Shown here in pieces: positions 38,111-48,065 of a stretch of DNA of 64,000 bases. The notes under the pieces are model-generated. The model saw only the letters and a list, made by a program, of their open reading frames with translations, had not been told where the DNA came from and searched no databases. Source of the stretch: Alphaproteobacteria bacterium (GTDB lineage Bacteria; Pseudomonadota; Alphaproteobacteria; UBA828); the NCBI GenBank assembly GCA_022826665.1, contig JAJDUK010000005.1, positions 55,262 to 119,261 of the forward strand. Direction: 5' to 3'. The position numbers were made by a program, and so were the translations under genes. Position 1 is the first letter of the stretch, and each line of letters opens with the position of its first letter.

Positions 38111-39025
38111 ATGGACCTCAACCGCGACGCCATGCTGGTCGGGCTGCACATCGCCGCCTGGTCCGGCCGGCTCTACGACCGCCAGGCGAGCGACCACGTC
38201 GCCGTCGCACACGAAGCGAACACCAGCGCCGGGCGCTACAACAAGCGCCTGCTGCCCAAGGCCGCCTTCGCCGCGCTGACCGCCACCATGAGCGAGGCGA
38301 GGACCAAGCACTATGCCAACTCATTGCCCTGGGACGACAAGGGCGCGCGGCTGCTCACCGTCGCCAACTACGAGCACTACACCGAGCTCATGGACGGCCT
38401 GCGCGAGCGCGTGGTCCGCCAGCGCGCCCGCTTCGTCGAGGATTACGACGACTATATCGACCAGGCCCGGCTCGATTTGGGCAAGCTGTTCCGCATCGCG
38501 GACTACCCCTCGAAGGAAGCGCTCCAGGGCAAGTTCGCGATCCGCTACCGCATTACGCCGGTGCCGGACGCCGAGCACTTCATCGCCCAGCTCGCCCCCG
38601 ACGACACCGAGCGGGTGAAGCGCGACATCGAGCGCCACGTCGAGGAACAGCTCCACGGCGCGGTGGGCGATCTCTACCGTCGCTTCGGCGAAGCCGTCGA
38701 GCGGGTCTCCGAGCGCCTGCGCGAGGACGACGACGGCAAGCCGCTGGTGTTCCGGGACACGATGATCTCGAACATCCGGGATCTGGTGGACGTGGTCCCG
38801 CGGCTCAACATCTTCGGCGACGACGAGCTGGCGAAGCTCTGCGAGCAGGTGAAGGAGAAGATCGCGAGCGTCGAGCCGGACGCGCTCAGACCGTCGAAGA
38901 CCTTCGATCCCGCAGCCCGCGCGCAGGTCAAGCGCGACGCGGACGCGCTCGCGGAGAAGTTCGCGGGGTATTTCGGAGGGCGTGCCGAAGAGCCCGCCGC
39001 CGAGCCGGTGCGGGAGGCCGCCTGA
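38111..39025 (+). CDS. DUF3150 domain protein
   Basis: Start MDLNRDAMLVGLHIAAWSGRLYD. Fits the length and context of DUF3150 proteins found with MoxR/VWA pairs. Confidence 0.5.
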   Translation: MDLNRDAMLVGLHIAAWSGRLYDRQASDHVAVAHEANTSAGRYNKRLLPKAAFAALTATMSEARTKHYANSLPWDDKGARLLTVANYEHYTELMDGLRERVVRQRARFVEDYDDYIDQARLDLGKLFRIADYPSKEALQGKFAIRYRITPVPDAEHFIAQLAPDDTERVKRDIERHVEEQLHGAVGDLYRRFGEAVERVSERLREDDDGKPLVFRDTMISNIRDLVDVVPRLNIFGDDELAKLCEQVKEKIASVEPDALRPSKTFDPAARAQVKRDADALAEKFAGYFGGRAEEPAAEPVREAA

Positions 39026-40431
39026 TGGCCGCCCGCGTGCTCGACGAGTCCGCGATCCGGGTCAGCGACTGCGTGACGGAGCTGCTGCGCAAGCAGCCCT
39101 TCTTCGGGAGCCTCGTTCTGCGGCTCCCGCTCCGGCCCGATCCCACCCGCGAGACGCTGGCGACGGACGGCCACGAGATCCGCTATTCGCCCCGCTGGGT
39201 GGCGGAGACCGAGGCGCACCTGATCGAGACCGCGATGGCGCGGGTGGTGATGGCGTGCGCCCTGAAGCATCACACGCGGCGGGGCGAGCGCGACCCCGAA
39301 CGCTGGCAGATGGCCTCGCAGCTCGTCACCCATGCGCTCATCCGCGACGCCGGGTTCACGCTGCCGCCCGACGCCGAAGCCTGGGACGACCTGAGCGTCG
39401 AGCAAGCCTACGACCGGCTGCCGCAACCCGGGGACGACGATTCCGGGGACCATAACGCTCCCTCGAATGCTGCCGGTGCTGGCTCTTCCGCCGCTGCCCA
39501 ATCCTCGTCGGATGGCGGTGACAATGACGCGGACCAGCCGTCCGATCCCGCCGATGACAGGGACCCGCAGGACCCAAGCAGCGGTCAAGACGGCGACGCC
39601 GAAGATGACGGCGGGGATGACCGGAAGCCGCACGACGATGGTGGCCACGAGAACGGCCAGGGCGGGGATGCCGGATCCGATGCACCTCCCAGCCACGATC
39701 CCTCCGGCACCGGCGAGGTCATGGACGCCGGCACGCGGGCGAGCGAGGACGGCAATGAGTCCGGCAAGACGCCGGTGGACGTCGCCGCCGAGGAGCAGGC
39801 CTGGGACGAGGCGATGCACCAGGCCCTCAACATCGCCCGCGCCGAAGGCAAGGTGCCGGGCCGGGTCGAGGAAACGGTGAAGGGCGCTCATGCGAGCAGG
39901 CTCGACTGGCGCACCCTGCTGCGGCGCTACATGACCGATGCCGCGAAGAGCGACTATTCCTGGAGCCTGCCCAACCGGCGCTTCATCGACTCGGGGCTCT
40001 ACCTGCCCTCGATCCGCTCGGAGGGGATGGAGACGATCGCCGTCATCATCGACACGTCGGGCTCGCTGCCGGCGGACACACTGGCCGAGTTCTGGGCCGA
40101 GCTGCGCGAGGTCGCGGCGGAGATCCGGCCCGAGAGCGTCGTCGTGCTCCAGGTCGACGCCGCGCTGCAGGACGCGGCGGAGTACGCGCCCGACGACCTC
40201 CCCGACGAGATCGCGCTGAAGGGACGGGGCGGCACAGACTTCCGCCCGGGCTTCCAGTGGCTCGACGAACAGGGAATCCGGCCCAGCGTGTGCCTCTATT
40301 TCACGGACATGGAGTGCTCCGACTACCCCGAGGCCGAGCCCGGATTCGACACGATCTGGGTGAACTGGGGTCCGCCTCCGTCCGACTGGAACCGCGAGCC
40401 CTGGGGCGAGCGCATCGACATCGCCGCATGA
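39025..40431 (+). CDS. von Willebrand factor type A (VWA) domain protein with acidic low-complexity linker
   Basis: ATG overlaps the stop of the DUF3150 gene. C-terminal IAVIIDTSGS (MIDAS DxSxS-like) and GGTDF. Central D/G/S/E-rich segment of about 120 aa. Confidence 0.65.
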   Translation: MAARVLDESAIRVSDCVTELLRKQPFFGSLVLRLPLRPDPTRETLATDGHEIRYSPRWVAETEAHLIETAMARVVMACALKHHTRRGERDPERWQMASQLVTHALIRDAGFTLPPDAEAWDDLSVEQAYDRLPQPGDDDSGDHNAPSNAAGAGSSAAAQSSSDGGDNDADQPSDPADDRDPQDPSSGQDGDAEDDGGDDRKPHDDGGHENGQGGDAGSDAPPSHDPSGTGEVMDAGTRASEDGNESGKTPVDVAAEEQAWDEAMHQALNIARAEGKVPGRVEETVKGAHASRLDWRTLLRRYMTDAAKSDYSWSLPNRRFIDSGLYLPSIRSEGMETIAVIIDTSGSLPADTLAEFWAELREVAAEIRPESVVVLQVDAALQDAAEYAPDDLPDEIALKGRGGTDFRPGFQWLDEQGIRPSVCLYFTDMECSDYPEAEPGFDTIWVNWGPPPSDWNREPWGERIDIAA

Positions 40432-40472
40432 CGTCCCAACGACACCGCCGCACCGTTCGAGGAGCAACCGCC

Positions 40473-41129
40473 ATGCAGACCGTTCACCCGTCTCCCGAAG
40501 CCATCCGCCTCGCCATGGCGCGGATCGAGCGCGCCATGGAAGTCCACGGCGGCGACCGGGAGGCTCCTATGGACTGGGGGATCGTCCACCGTCACGAGTG
40601 CCGCACCACCGCCTGCCACGGCGGCTGGTACGCGCTCGGCCGCCTGATGGACCACCCCGCAATCCGCTGGCGCCACGACGAAACCTTCTACAAGGACCCC
40701 GGCGAGATCATGATGGCATTGAGGCGGGATGGGACCGTCACCCATCTCATGTACCACGAGGGCGCGCATATGCTCGCGCGCGACCTCGGCTTCATGAATG
40801 TCCCCGCGTGCAAGGGCTGGGCGGAGCGCCACCCGCAGATCTGGGGCAACCGCCACGGCGAGCGGATGTGCGCCGGCGACGGGGCGCTCGCCTTCGGCAA
40901 GCCGCCCTTTGCGCCGGTCCTGGTAAGCGAGATCATCGCGTGGTGGCGCGCGGTCGCGGACCGGCTCGAAGCGGCGATCCCGGTTCACCACAACCGGCCG
41001 GCCGGTATCGCGGCTCTTGAGCGCCACGATGCGCACACCCGTGAGACCGTCGCGGTCGAGCCTTGCGCGGGCGGCTACCGGATCGTCCGGCGGCCCCGCC
41101 CGATAGACCTGCTCTCACTCCAGTCCTGA
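40473..41129 (+). CDS. hypothetical protein (218 aa)
   Basis: In-frame ATG at 40473 inside ORF 40257..41129. No motif recognised. Confidence 0.35.
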   Translation: MQTVHPSPEAIRLAMARIERAMEVHGGDREAPMDWGIVHRHECRTTACHGGWYALGRLMDHPAIRWRHDETFYKDPGEIMMALRRDGTVTHLMYHEGAHMLARDLGFMNVPACKGWAERHPQIWGNRHGERMCAGDGALAFGKPPFAPVLVSEIIAWWRAVADRLEAAIPVHHNRPAGIAALERHDAHTRETVAVEPCAGGYRIVRRPRPIDLLSLQS

Positions 41130-41295
41130 TCGCGTCCGTTCGGGGCGCGCGCCTCACCGCCGTCCCGCCGCCGCACCCCGGCCCCCGACCGCAACGCCGC
41201 CGGGAGACGGAGCGGGGCGGCCGTTCGGGCGGGCGCGGGGGTGGCCGGAGAGAGCCGCCCGCGCCGCATGTTCGCAACCCTCCAGGGAGATTCGC

Positions 41296-43752
41296 ATGAA
41301 CCACATCGCCCCCAGGGCCGAGCCGCTCATCCGGGAGATCCCGCTGAGCCGGCTCGCGCTCGCCCCCGAGAACGTCCGCAAGACCCCGCCCGATCCCCGG
41401 GCCGATGCGGAGCTCAAGGCCTCCATCACCGCCCTCGGGCTGCTGGAGAATCTGATCGTCCGCATTGACGAGCCCGCCGAGAATCCCGGATCGGGTCCGG
41501 GACAGGCGGCTGACGAGCGCTTTGCAGTGGTGGCCGGCGGGCGCCGACTCAAGGCCATGCAGGCGCTGGTCGAGGACAAGGTGCTGGATGCCGACCATCC
41601 GGTGCCCTGCTTGGTCAGGTCCGGCGACGTCGAGCCCGGCGAGGTCTCGCTCGCCGAGAACGTCGTGCGCATCGCCATGCATCCCGCCGACCAGGTGGTC
41701 GCGTTCACGAAGCTCGCCGACGCCGGCCAGTCGGTTTCCGCCATCGCGGTGCGTTTCGGCGCCTCCGAGCGCATCGTCGAGCAGCGGCTGCGCCTCGGCA
41801 ACGCCGCCCCGGAGCTGCTGGACGCCTACCGGGCGAACGAGATCGACCTCGAAGTCCTGAAGGCTTTCGCCGTCACCGCCGACCGCGAGAGCCAGATGGC
41901 GGTCTGGGAACAGGTCGCGGCCCAGCCCTACCGGCCCTCGGCCGCGCAGGTGAAACGCCTGCTCACCGAGGAGCGGGTGCCCGGCGGCACGGCGATCGCC
42001 CGCTTCGTCGGCGTGGACGCCTACGAGGCCGCCGGCGGCCAGATCATGCGCGACCTGTTCGCCGACGAATACGAGCACGGCGTCTGGTTCGAGGACCCGG
42101 TGCTGCTGGAGAAGCTGGCGGCCGACAAGCTTCAGGCGGCCGCCGACGAGCTGACGACGCGCTGGAAGTGGGCCGCCCCCATGATCGAGGTCGCCTGGGA
42201 CGACACCGCCCGCTGCGGCCGCATCGAGCCGCAGCCGGCGGAGCGCACTCCCGAGGAGGAGGCCGAAATCGGCAAGCTGGAAGCCCGGCAGGCCGAACTC
42301 GCCGAGCTCGACGACGACGAGTGGACCGCGGAGCTGGTCTCGGAAGCCGAGGCCATCGAGACCCGCCTCGACGAGATCGAGGGCGGGATCGAGGCCCGCG
42401 CGGTCTTCCGGCGCGAGGATCTCGCGATGGCGGGCTGCGTAGTCACCGTCGCCCAGGACGGCTCGCTCCAGGTCATTCAGGGCCTGGTGAAGCCCGAGGA
42501 CATGCCGAAGCGGACGGAGGCGGGCGAGACCGGATCGGAACCCGGCGACGGTCACGCCCCGGATGCCTCGACCCACGGCGTTCACACCGCCGGTCATGCC
42601 GTTCACTCCGCCGCCCCGTCCGTCTCCACGCCGATAGCGCCGCCGAAGGACCCCGAGGCCGAGGCGCGCAAGGAGGCCGGCGTCGGGATCGGCCTCGCCG
42701 ACGATCTGCGCTCGATCCGTACCGCACTGGTCAAGGCGAAGCTGGCCGGCGACTTCGAGGCGGCCTTCGACCTCGCGCTGTTCCAGATGGGCCGCGCGGT
42801 GTTCACGCCGGGCCATCACGACCACGCCCTCGACATCGCGGTCAAGGAAACCCCGGACCGGCCCAATACCCGGATGAACGACGCCGACTTCGCGGACTGG
42901 TCGCAGGGCGAGGCGATGCTGGCGGACCGCTCGCACCTGTCGTTCGACTGGCTGGAGATCGAGGACGACGGCGAATCCTTCGCGGCGCTGCGGGCCTTGC
43001 CCCAAGCCGAGAAGGAGGCGCTCTTCGCGGCCTGCGTCGCGAGGACGGTGAAGGGCCAGCTCGCCTTCGAGCCCCAGGCCCGGCCCGAGCTCGAAGCCAC
43101 GGTGGCCCGGCTCGACATCGACTTCGCGGCCCATGTCCGGCCCACTGCCGATATGCTGTGGTCGCGGATCAACAAGAGCCGCGTCCTCGACATCGCCCGC
43201 ACGGTGTTCGGCCTGGCCTGGGCGTCGGCGCGGTCCAAGTACAAGAAGCCCGCACTGGCCGAAGCGATGGAGGCCGCCTTCGCCGCCGGGGACCCACCGG
43301 TCGGCGTGACCAGGGCGATGCACGCCGCCGCGCTCGCCTGGGTCCCGCCCGGCTTCGCGGCATTCGACACGGGCCGGACGGTCGGTGATCCCGGGGATGC
43401 GGCGACTCCCACCGCCGCGACCGCACGGGCCGGGGACACCGCGCCCCCGGAACTCGCGCATCCGTCCGCCGACTCCGGGACCGATCCGGCGGAGGCGGCG
43501 CCGGCCGGCAACGGCCATGCGACGGAGGCCGCTCCGGAACCGTCGAACGGTGTGACGGCAAATGCCGGAAACGGCGCCGCCGACACGATCGACCCTGGCC
43601 CGGACGCCGATCGCGGCGATACCCGGGAGGCCGATCCCGACCCGACCGTCGCAGGCGGGCCGGACGGCATCGCGGCGACCGGCCCGGTCAACGGCCACGA
43701 CGCGCCGCCGGACCCGATGGACATCCCCGAGTTCCTCCGCCGCGTCCAGTAG
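41296..43752 (+). CDS. large ParB/Srx-fold nuclease-like protein (ICE/plasmid type)
   Basis: 818-aa ORF. N-terminal ParB-N block LAPENVRK...FAVVAGGRRLKAMQAL (GxRRxxA). Long C-terminal low-complexity tail. Confidence 0.7.
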   Translation: MNHIAPRAEPLIREIPLSRLALAPENVRKTPPDPRADAELKASITALGLLENLIVRIDEPAENPGSGPGQAADERFAVVAGGRRLKAMQALVEDKVLDADHPVPCLVRSGDVEPGEVSLAENVVRIAMHPADQVVAFTKLADAGQSVSAIAVRFGASERIVEQRLRLGNAAPELLDAYRANEIDLEVLKAFAVTADRESQMAVWEQVAAQPYRPSAAQVKRLLTEERVPGGTAIARFVGVDAYEAAGGQIMRDLFADEYEHGVWFEDPVLLEKLAADKLQAAADELTTRWKWAAPMIEVAWDDTARCGRIEPQPAERTPEEEAEIGKLEARQAELAELDDDEWTAELVSEAEAIETRLDEIEGGIEARAVFRREDLAMAGCVVTVAQDGSLQVIQGLVKPEDMPKRTEAGETGSEPGDGHAPDASTHGVHTAGHAVHSAAPSVSTPIAPPKDPEAEARKEAGVGIGLADDLRSIRTALVKAKLAGDFEAAFDLALFQMGRAVFTPGHHDHALDIAVKETPDRPNTRMNDADFADWSQGEAMLADRSHLSFDWLEIEDDGESFAALRALPQAEKEALFAACVARTVKGQLAFEPQARPELEATVARLDIDFAAHVRPTADMLWSRINKSRVLDIARTVFGLAWASARSKYKKPALAEAMEAAFAAGDPPVGVTRAMHAAALAWVPPGFAAFDTGRTVGDPGDAATPTAATARAGDTAPPELAHPSADSGTDPAEAAPAGNGHATEAAPEPSNGVTANAGNGAADTIDPGPDADRGDTREADPDPTVAGGPDGIAATGPVNGHDAPPDPMDIPEFLRRVQ

Positions 43753-43769
43753 ACGGCATCGCACAGGCG

Positions 43770-43810
43770 CCCCGCCCGGCACCCTCCCGCCGGGCGGGGC
43801 GTTTTTTCTT
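43770..43810 (+). terminator. rho-independent terminator downstream of parB-like gene
   Basis: Perfect 11-bp stem ccccgcccggc/gccgggcgggg with an 8-nt loop, followed by cGTTTTTTCTT. Confidence 0.6.
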
Positions 43811-43834
43811 CCGCAATTCCATGGAGGTCCGTCC

Positions 43835-45595
43835 ATGAACCGCACGATCCGTGCCCGCATCCACGAAACCGCCGTGAAGCGGGTCACCCGCATCTATGCC
43901 GCAACCCTCGCCGACATCTTTGCCGAGACCCTGCAGAACAGCCGCCGCGCCGGCGCCGCGCGAGTGCGAATTTCGGTTTCCGCTCCCACCGCGCGGCCGG
44001 AGGGGACCGCTCCCGAAATCGGCGAGACGCCGCTCACCGTCACAATCGCCGACGACGGCGTCGGGATCGCCGATCCTGCCGTGCTGCTCAGCTTCGGCGA
44101 GAACGGCTGGGACGACGCGCTTGTGCGCCGCGAAGACGCCGCCGGCTTCGGCTTCGCCAGCCTGGCGCGGCGCAACTGCGCCGTCTCCTCGCGGCCGCGT
44201 TCATGGGGCGGCGAGACGTTGCCCGGCTGGTGGGTCCAACTCGAGCCCGAGCATTTTCTCGGGGAGGCCGACGCCGAGGTGCATGCCGACGACGAGGCGC
44301 CCTATCCCTATGGGACGTCGATTTCGTTCGAGGCGACCGAATCAATTGCGTCTATCCGTAACGCCGCGGAGAACGCCGCCCACCACTATCCGCTGCCGGT
44401 CGTGTTCGAGGACCGCTCGGAGGGTGGATATGTCGCCGGGGAGGAGCTGCCGCGCCGCGCCTTCCTCGACGGCGCGGTCCATGCCGAGCCCTGGCGTGGT
44501 CTCGTCTTCGGCGTCTTCAAGGACCGCCGCAGCGGCTACAACGACCCCGACCTCAATTTCTTCGGGCTGCCCCTGGCACTCCGCCTGCCCACGGTCGAGA
44601 CCGTCCACGGCGCGACCTGGACCGTGCTCGCCGAAGTGGACGACTGCCCCGACCTCGAACTGGTCCTGCCGGCCCGCAAGGAAGCGGTCGAGAACGCCTT
44701 CCTCAAGGAGATGCGCGCAGCCGCCCGTCTCGCGATCTACCGGGCCATGGCCGCCGATCCCTCTCCGCGCCCTGCCTTCGAGGACCGCGAGAGGGCGCGC
44801 GAGGCCGGCATCGACGTCGCGCCGCCGCCGGCCGTGCTGCGACCCTGGCGGCCCTCGGTCGCCGACTGCAACGACTGGCGGGAGCCGGGCAAGCTGGCGG
44901 ACGCCGGCCATGACGCCCTGGTCATGGATTGCGACCCGGAGCCGCCCGAGGCGCAGGCGCTCTGGCGCGCCGCAGAACGCGCCGGCTTCGCAACGCGCCT
45001 GTTCGAGGCCGACCGGAGATTGCAAGGCTACGGCTGGTACGACGCGCTCGACCGGGTGGCGGAAATAACCGTCCGCGTCGCCGCCGGGGACGATTGGATG
45101 GCGCTCGACCAGTACCCGCTGCCCGAGACGTCCCGTGCCCCGGCCGCGCCGTTGCCCGCCCGGCCCGCCGCGATCCGCATCGGCCTCGCCGTCCGTCCGG
45201 CGTCGGGTCCCATGCGGACGCTCGACGTGCCCGCCGATCTGGTCTTCGCCGGCGAGGCCTGGTCCTGGATCGACGAGGCCATGCCGCTGGTGACGGAAGA
45301 CAGCACCCTCCAGCCGCACCAGCTCGCCTCGTTGCTCATGGCCGCGTTCTTCTCGCCCTCCGACGATGCCGACTCGGACAGCTGGGAGACCCAGCGCAAC
45401 CGCTTCGAGGACGACGCGCTGCACCTCGCGACGCGGCTGCTGCTGTCCGACGACGAGGCCTGCCGGGCGTCCATCGCCGAGGCGGTGCGGCGTGAGCTGG
45501 TCTGGCTCGCGCCCTGCGACCGCGCCGTCGACATCCACATCCGCCGGCCGGACGTGACCGTGACCCTCGGCGGCGCCGCGGAGGCCGCGTCGTGA
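43835..45595 (+). CDS. HATPase-like (Bergerat fold) domain protein, ICE-associated
   Basis: ATG at 43835 (the upstream ATG gives a 5-codon ORF). N-terminus ADIFAETLQNSRRAGA and TIADDGVGIADP resemble N and G1 boxes. Remainder has no motif. Confidence 0.45.
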   Translation: MNRTIRARIHETAVKRVTRIYAATLADIFAETLQNSRRAGAARVRISVSAPTARPEGTAPEIGETPLTVTIADDGVGIADPAVLLSFGENGWDDALVRREDAAGFGFASLARRNCAVSSRPRSWGGETLPGWWVQLEPEHFLGEADAEVHADDEAPYPYGTSISFEATESIASIRNAAENAAHHYPLPVVFEDRSEGGYVAGEELPRRAFLDGAVHAEPWRGLVFGVFKDRRSGYNDPDLNFFGLPLALRLPTVETVHGATWTVLAEVDDCPDLELVLPARKEAVENAFLKEMRAAARLAIYRAMAADPSPRPAFEDRERAREAGIDVAPPPAVLRPWRPSVADCNDWREPGKLADAGHDALVMDCDPEPPEAQALWRAAERAGFATRLFEADRRLQGYGWYDALDRVAEITVRVAAGDDWMALDQYPLPETSRAPAAPLPARPAAIRIGLAVRPASGPMRTLDVPADLVFAGEAWSWIDEAMPLVTEDSTLQPHQLASLLMAAFFSPSDDADSDSWETQRNRFEDDALHLATRLLLSDDEACRASIAEAVRRELVWLAPCDRAVDIHIRRPDVTVTLGGAAEAAS

Positions 45596-46074
45596 GCCGG
45601 CCCTGGACCGTTCAGGTCGGCTACAGCGCGCACTACTGCAACACCGTCACGGTGGGGGCCGACACGCTCGAGGAAGCCCTCGAGAAGGCCATCGCAACCG
45701 CCAACGAGGACGCTGCGGGCTGGCGCTCGACTGACCATTGCTCGGATTCGTTCGTCGACGCCGTCTGCGAAGGCTCCGATGCCGATCCGTGGGACCGCGA
45801 CGCCACGCTGCCGGTCCCGGCGCGCTTCTCCGAGCATGGCGAGCCGCCGGTGGTGACCCTTGCCGGACCCCTCCCGCCGGGCGCCGTCCGGGTCTCCGGC
45901 GGCAGGGCGACGCTCCGCTTCGAGACCGAAGCCGGCACGATCACGGCGGAAGTGCGCGACCCGCCCCTTCCGCCCACAAACAAGCCGCTGGTCACGGTCT
46001 CCGTCGGACCCGACGGCAAGCCCCGGGTCGAGGTCGAGGGCGGCAGCGCCAGGGTGCACATTCTCGACGGCTGA
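45592..46074 (+). CDS. hypothetical protein (160 aa)
   Basis: ATGA overlap with the upstream gene. No motif. Confidence 0.35.
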   Translation: MSRPWTVQVGYSAHYCNTVTVGADTLEEALEKAIATANEDAAGWRSTDHCSDSFVDAVCEGSDADPWDRDATLPVPARFSEHGEPPVVTLAGPLPPGAVRVSGGRATLRFETEAGTITAEVRDPPLPPTNKPLVTVSVGPDGKPRVEVEGGSARVHILDG

Positions 46075-46234
46075 TCCGGCCGCCTGCCGGTCGCCGCCGC
46101 CGATCCTTCCTCACCGATGCCCGTCCCCGCTCCGCCCGGAGCGGGGGCCGGCATGCGTCCGGACGAGGCGGGGCCGGGGCGCGGAAGCGTCCCGGTCCCG
46201 CATGTCCTGCATCCGGAAACAGGAGGTCCAGCTC

Positions 46235-46450
46235 ATGAAGCCTGCCGCAGTCCCCGAGATCGCCGAGGTCGCAGCCCCGCCGCCCCGGCCCGGCGACGAG
46301 GCCCAGAAGCGCGCCATCGCCAATGCCGTCTGGACCGACCTTCTCTGGCTCATGCCGCCCGACCGCACGGTCACGATCGCCGTCACCGGCGGCAACGTCG
46401 CGGTCGAGCTCGGCCCGCCCACCCCGGCGCCGGAGCTCCCGGCCCACTGA
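46235..46450 (+). CDS. hypothetical small protein (71 aa)
   Basis: ATG at 46235 with an AGGAGG RBS 8 nt upstream. Confidence 0.35.
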   Translation: MKPAAVPEIAEVAAPPPRPGDEAQKRAIANAVWTDLLWLMPPDRTVTIAVTGGNVAVELGPPTPAPELPAH

Positions 46451-46493
46451 TCCGGCGGGGCGCTTCGGATCCACTCCCTTGGAGGACGTCGCC

Positions 46494-47234
46494 ATGCCCG
46501 AATCTGCAACTGGTTTCGACGAGATGCCGCTCTACGACGTACCCGCCGGCCCCGCGTCGATCCGGCAGGCCGCGGACCGCCGCCGGCTCCAGCGCCGCTT
46601 CCTGCGCGCCGGGCGCGAAGCCGTCGACGACCGCGATCTGCTGGAACTGCTGCTCTCCGGACGCCCCGCGGTGGACGATGCAAGCGCACTTGCCGCAAGC
46701 CTGCTCGACCTGTTCGCCACGGCGCCGCGCGTGCTGGCGGCCCGGCCGGACCGGCTGCGCACCGTGCCCGGCCTGCCGGACGATGCCCTCGCCGCCCTCA
46801 AGGCCGCCGAGGCGCTCGGCATCCGCATGGCAAGGTCGGACGTGCCCGACACGGTGCGCCCGTCCCTCGGCAGCTACGACAAGGTGATCGAGTACTGCCG
46901 CGCGCTCGCGGGCCACCGCGAGGTCGAAGAGTTCCGGGTTTTGTATCTCGATCGGAAGAACGTGCTTGTCGCCGACGAGTGCCATCAGCGCGGCACTGTC
47001 TGCCACACGCCGGTCTATCCCCGGGAGATCTGCGTGCGCGCGCTGGAGCTTCAGGCCAGCGCGGTCATCGCCGTTCACAACCATCCCAGCTCGGACCCGA
47101 ATCCGTCCAGAGCGGACATCGACATGACGAACCGCCTCCGCGACGCGCTGAAGACGATCGGGGTCACGCTGCTCGATCATCTGATTGTCGCCCCGACCGC
47201 CTCGGTGAGCTTCCAATCGCGCGGGCTGCTCTGA
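46494..47234 (+). CDS. radC: RadC family JAB/MPN domain protein
   Basis: AVHNHPSSDPNPSRADI (JAMM-like HxHPxxxxxPS) and the N-terminal HhH-like region typical of RadC. Confidence 0.8.
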   Translation: MPESATGFDEMPLYDVPAGPASIRQAADRRRLQRRFLRAGREAVDDRDLLELLLSGRPAVDDASALAASLLDLFATAPRVLAARPDRLRTVPGLPDDALAALKAAEALGIRMARSDVPDTVRPSLGSYDKVIEYCRALAGHREVEEFRVLYLDRKNVLVADECHQRGTVCHTPVYPREICVRALELQASAVIAVHNHPSSDPNPSRADIDMTNRLRDALKTIGVTLLDHLIVAPTASVSFQSRGLL

Positions 47235-47281
47235 CAGGCCGCAGCGATCCCCTCCCTCTCTTTCCCGCGAGGAACCCCACC

Positions 47282-47692
47282 ATGCCCGGCAACGCCACCG
47301 TATTCGATCCCGTCATCTCCACCTACACCCGCGCCCAGGCGATCGAGGACGGCATCCTCGTCGACGTCTCCGAAACCGCGTGCGAGGCGGGATTCAAGAT
47401 CCCCGTCGCGGTCACGCGCACCGTCTGGGAACGCCTGGTCGCCCTGCCCGAGGGCTACCAGGGCTTCCAGGACGAGCGCGGGCGTCTCTGGGACGTTCTC
47501 TGGATGGCGCACTACTACGCGCTCCGCGCCTCCAACAGCAACCGGGTCACCATGTGCGTGCTGGTGCGCGACATCCGCAAGGACCTCCGCGACAGCAACC
47601 GGCCGCCCCGCAAGCACTGCCCCATCGTGGCGATCGGCGGCGGGGACGCCGGAGAGCCGGTCGTGACCGTGATGTTCCCCGAAGACGACTGA
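47282..47692 (+). CDS. hypothetical protein (136 aa), ICE-associated
   Basis: ATG at 47282 by frame arithmetic. No motif. Confidence 0.35.
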   Translation: MPGNATVFDPVISTYTRAQAIEDGILVDVSETACEAGFKIPVAVTRTVWERLVALPEGYQGFQDERGRLWDVLWMAHYYALRASNSNRVTMCVLVRDIRKDLRDSNRPPRKHCPIVAIGGGDAGEPVVTVMFPEDD

Positions 47693-47723
47693 GCGCGCCT
47701 GCTCCGACAGCCACGGCCGGGCT

Positions 47724-47999
47724 TCAGCTGTCCGTGCCGTCCGACCCCTCGCCTTGCCGCTGCCCGCCCCAGGGGTCGGGCGTGCTGTGGCCGCGGGCAA
47801 GGGGCCGTCGGAAGCACTTGATGCCGCTCAGTTCGAGATGGTCCACGATCTTCTCGGCGAACGGCCTGAGCCGGTCATGGTCGCCCGGCCCGCGCTTCTT
47901 CGGCCAGAAGCGCTCCACCTTGCGCAGCGCCATGTCGACCGAGAACACCAGGTCCTCCCGCGACACCGGGATGGTGTGTTTTCTCTCCATGCCTCGCAT
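47724..47999 (-). CDS. small conserved hypothetical protein, paralog A (91 aa)
   Basis: VSREDLVFSVDMALRKVERFWPKKRGPGDHDRLRPFAEKIVDHLELSGIKCFRRP is collinear with the protein at 50912..51166. Confidence 0.45.
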   Translation of the reverse strand: MRGMERKHTIPVSREDLVFSVDMALRKVERFWPKKRGPGDHDRLRPFAEKIVDHLELSGIKCFRRPLARGHSTPDPWGGQRQGEGSDGTDS

Positions 48000-48065
48000 G
48001 GTCGCATGAGAACATTAGCAGAACAAGAGTGGTAATCTGCCGCCGGTGCGGCTAAGGTCGCTGGC

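Noticed and set aside
37993-40431. Single 812-aa ORF in one frame
   Set aside because: The open frame runs through an intergenic or alternate-frame stretch. The VWA-domain gene plausibly starts at the ATG at 39025, which overlaps the stop of the upstream DUF3150 gene in another frame.
40933-43893. 986-aa minus-strand ORF antisense to the ParB-like gene
   Set aside because: Low-complexity Arg/Gly/Pro-rich translation antisense to a gene with clear ParB motifs. I treat it as non-coding.
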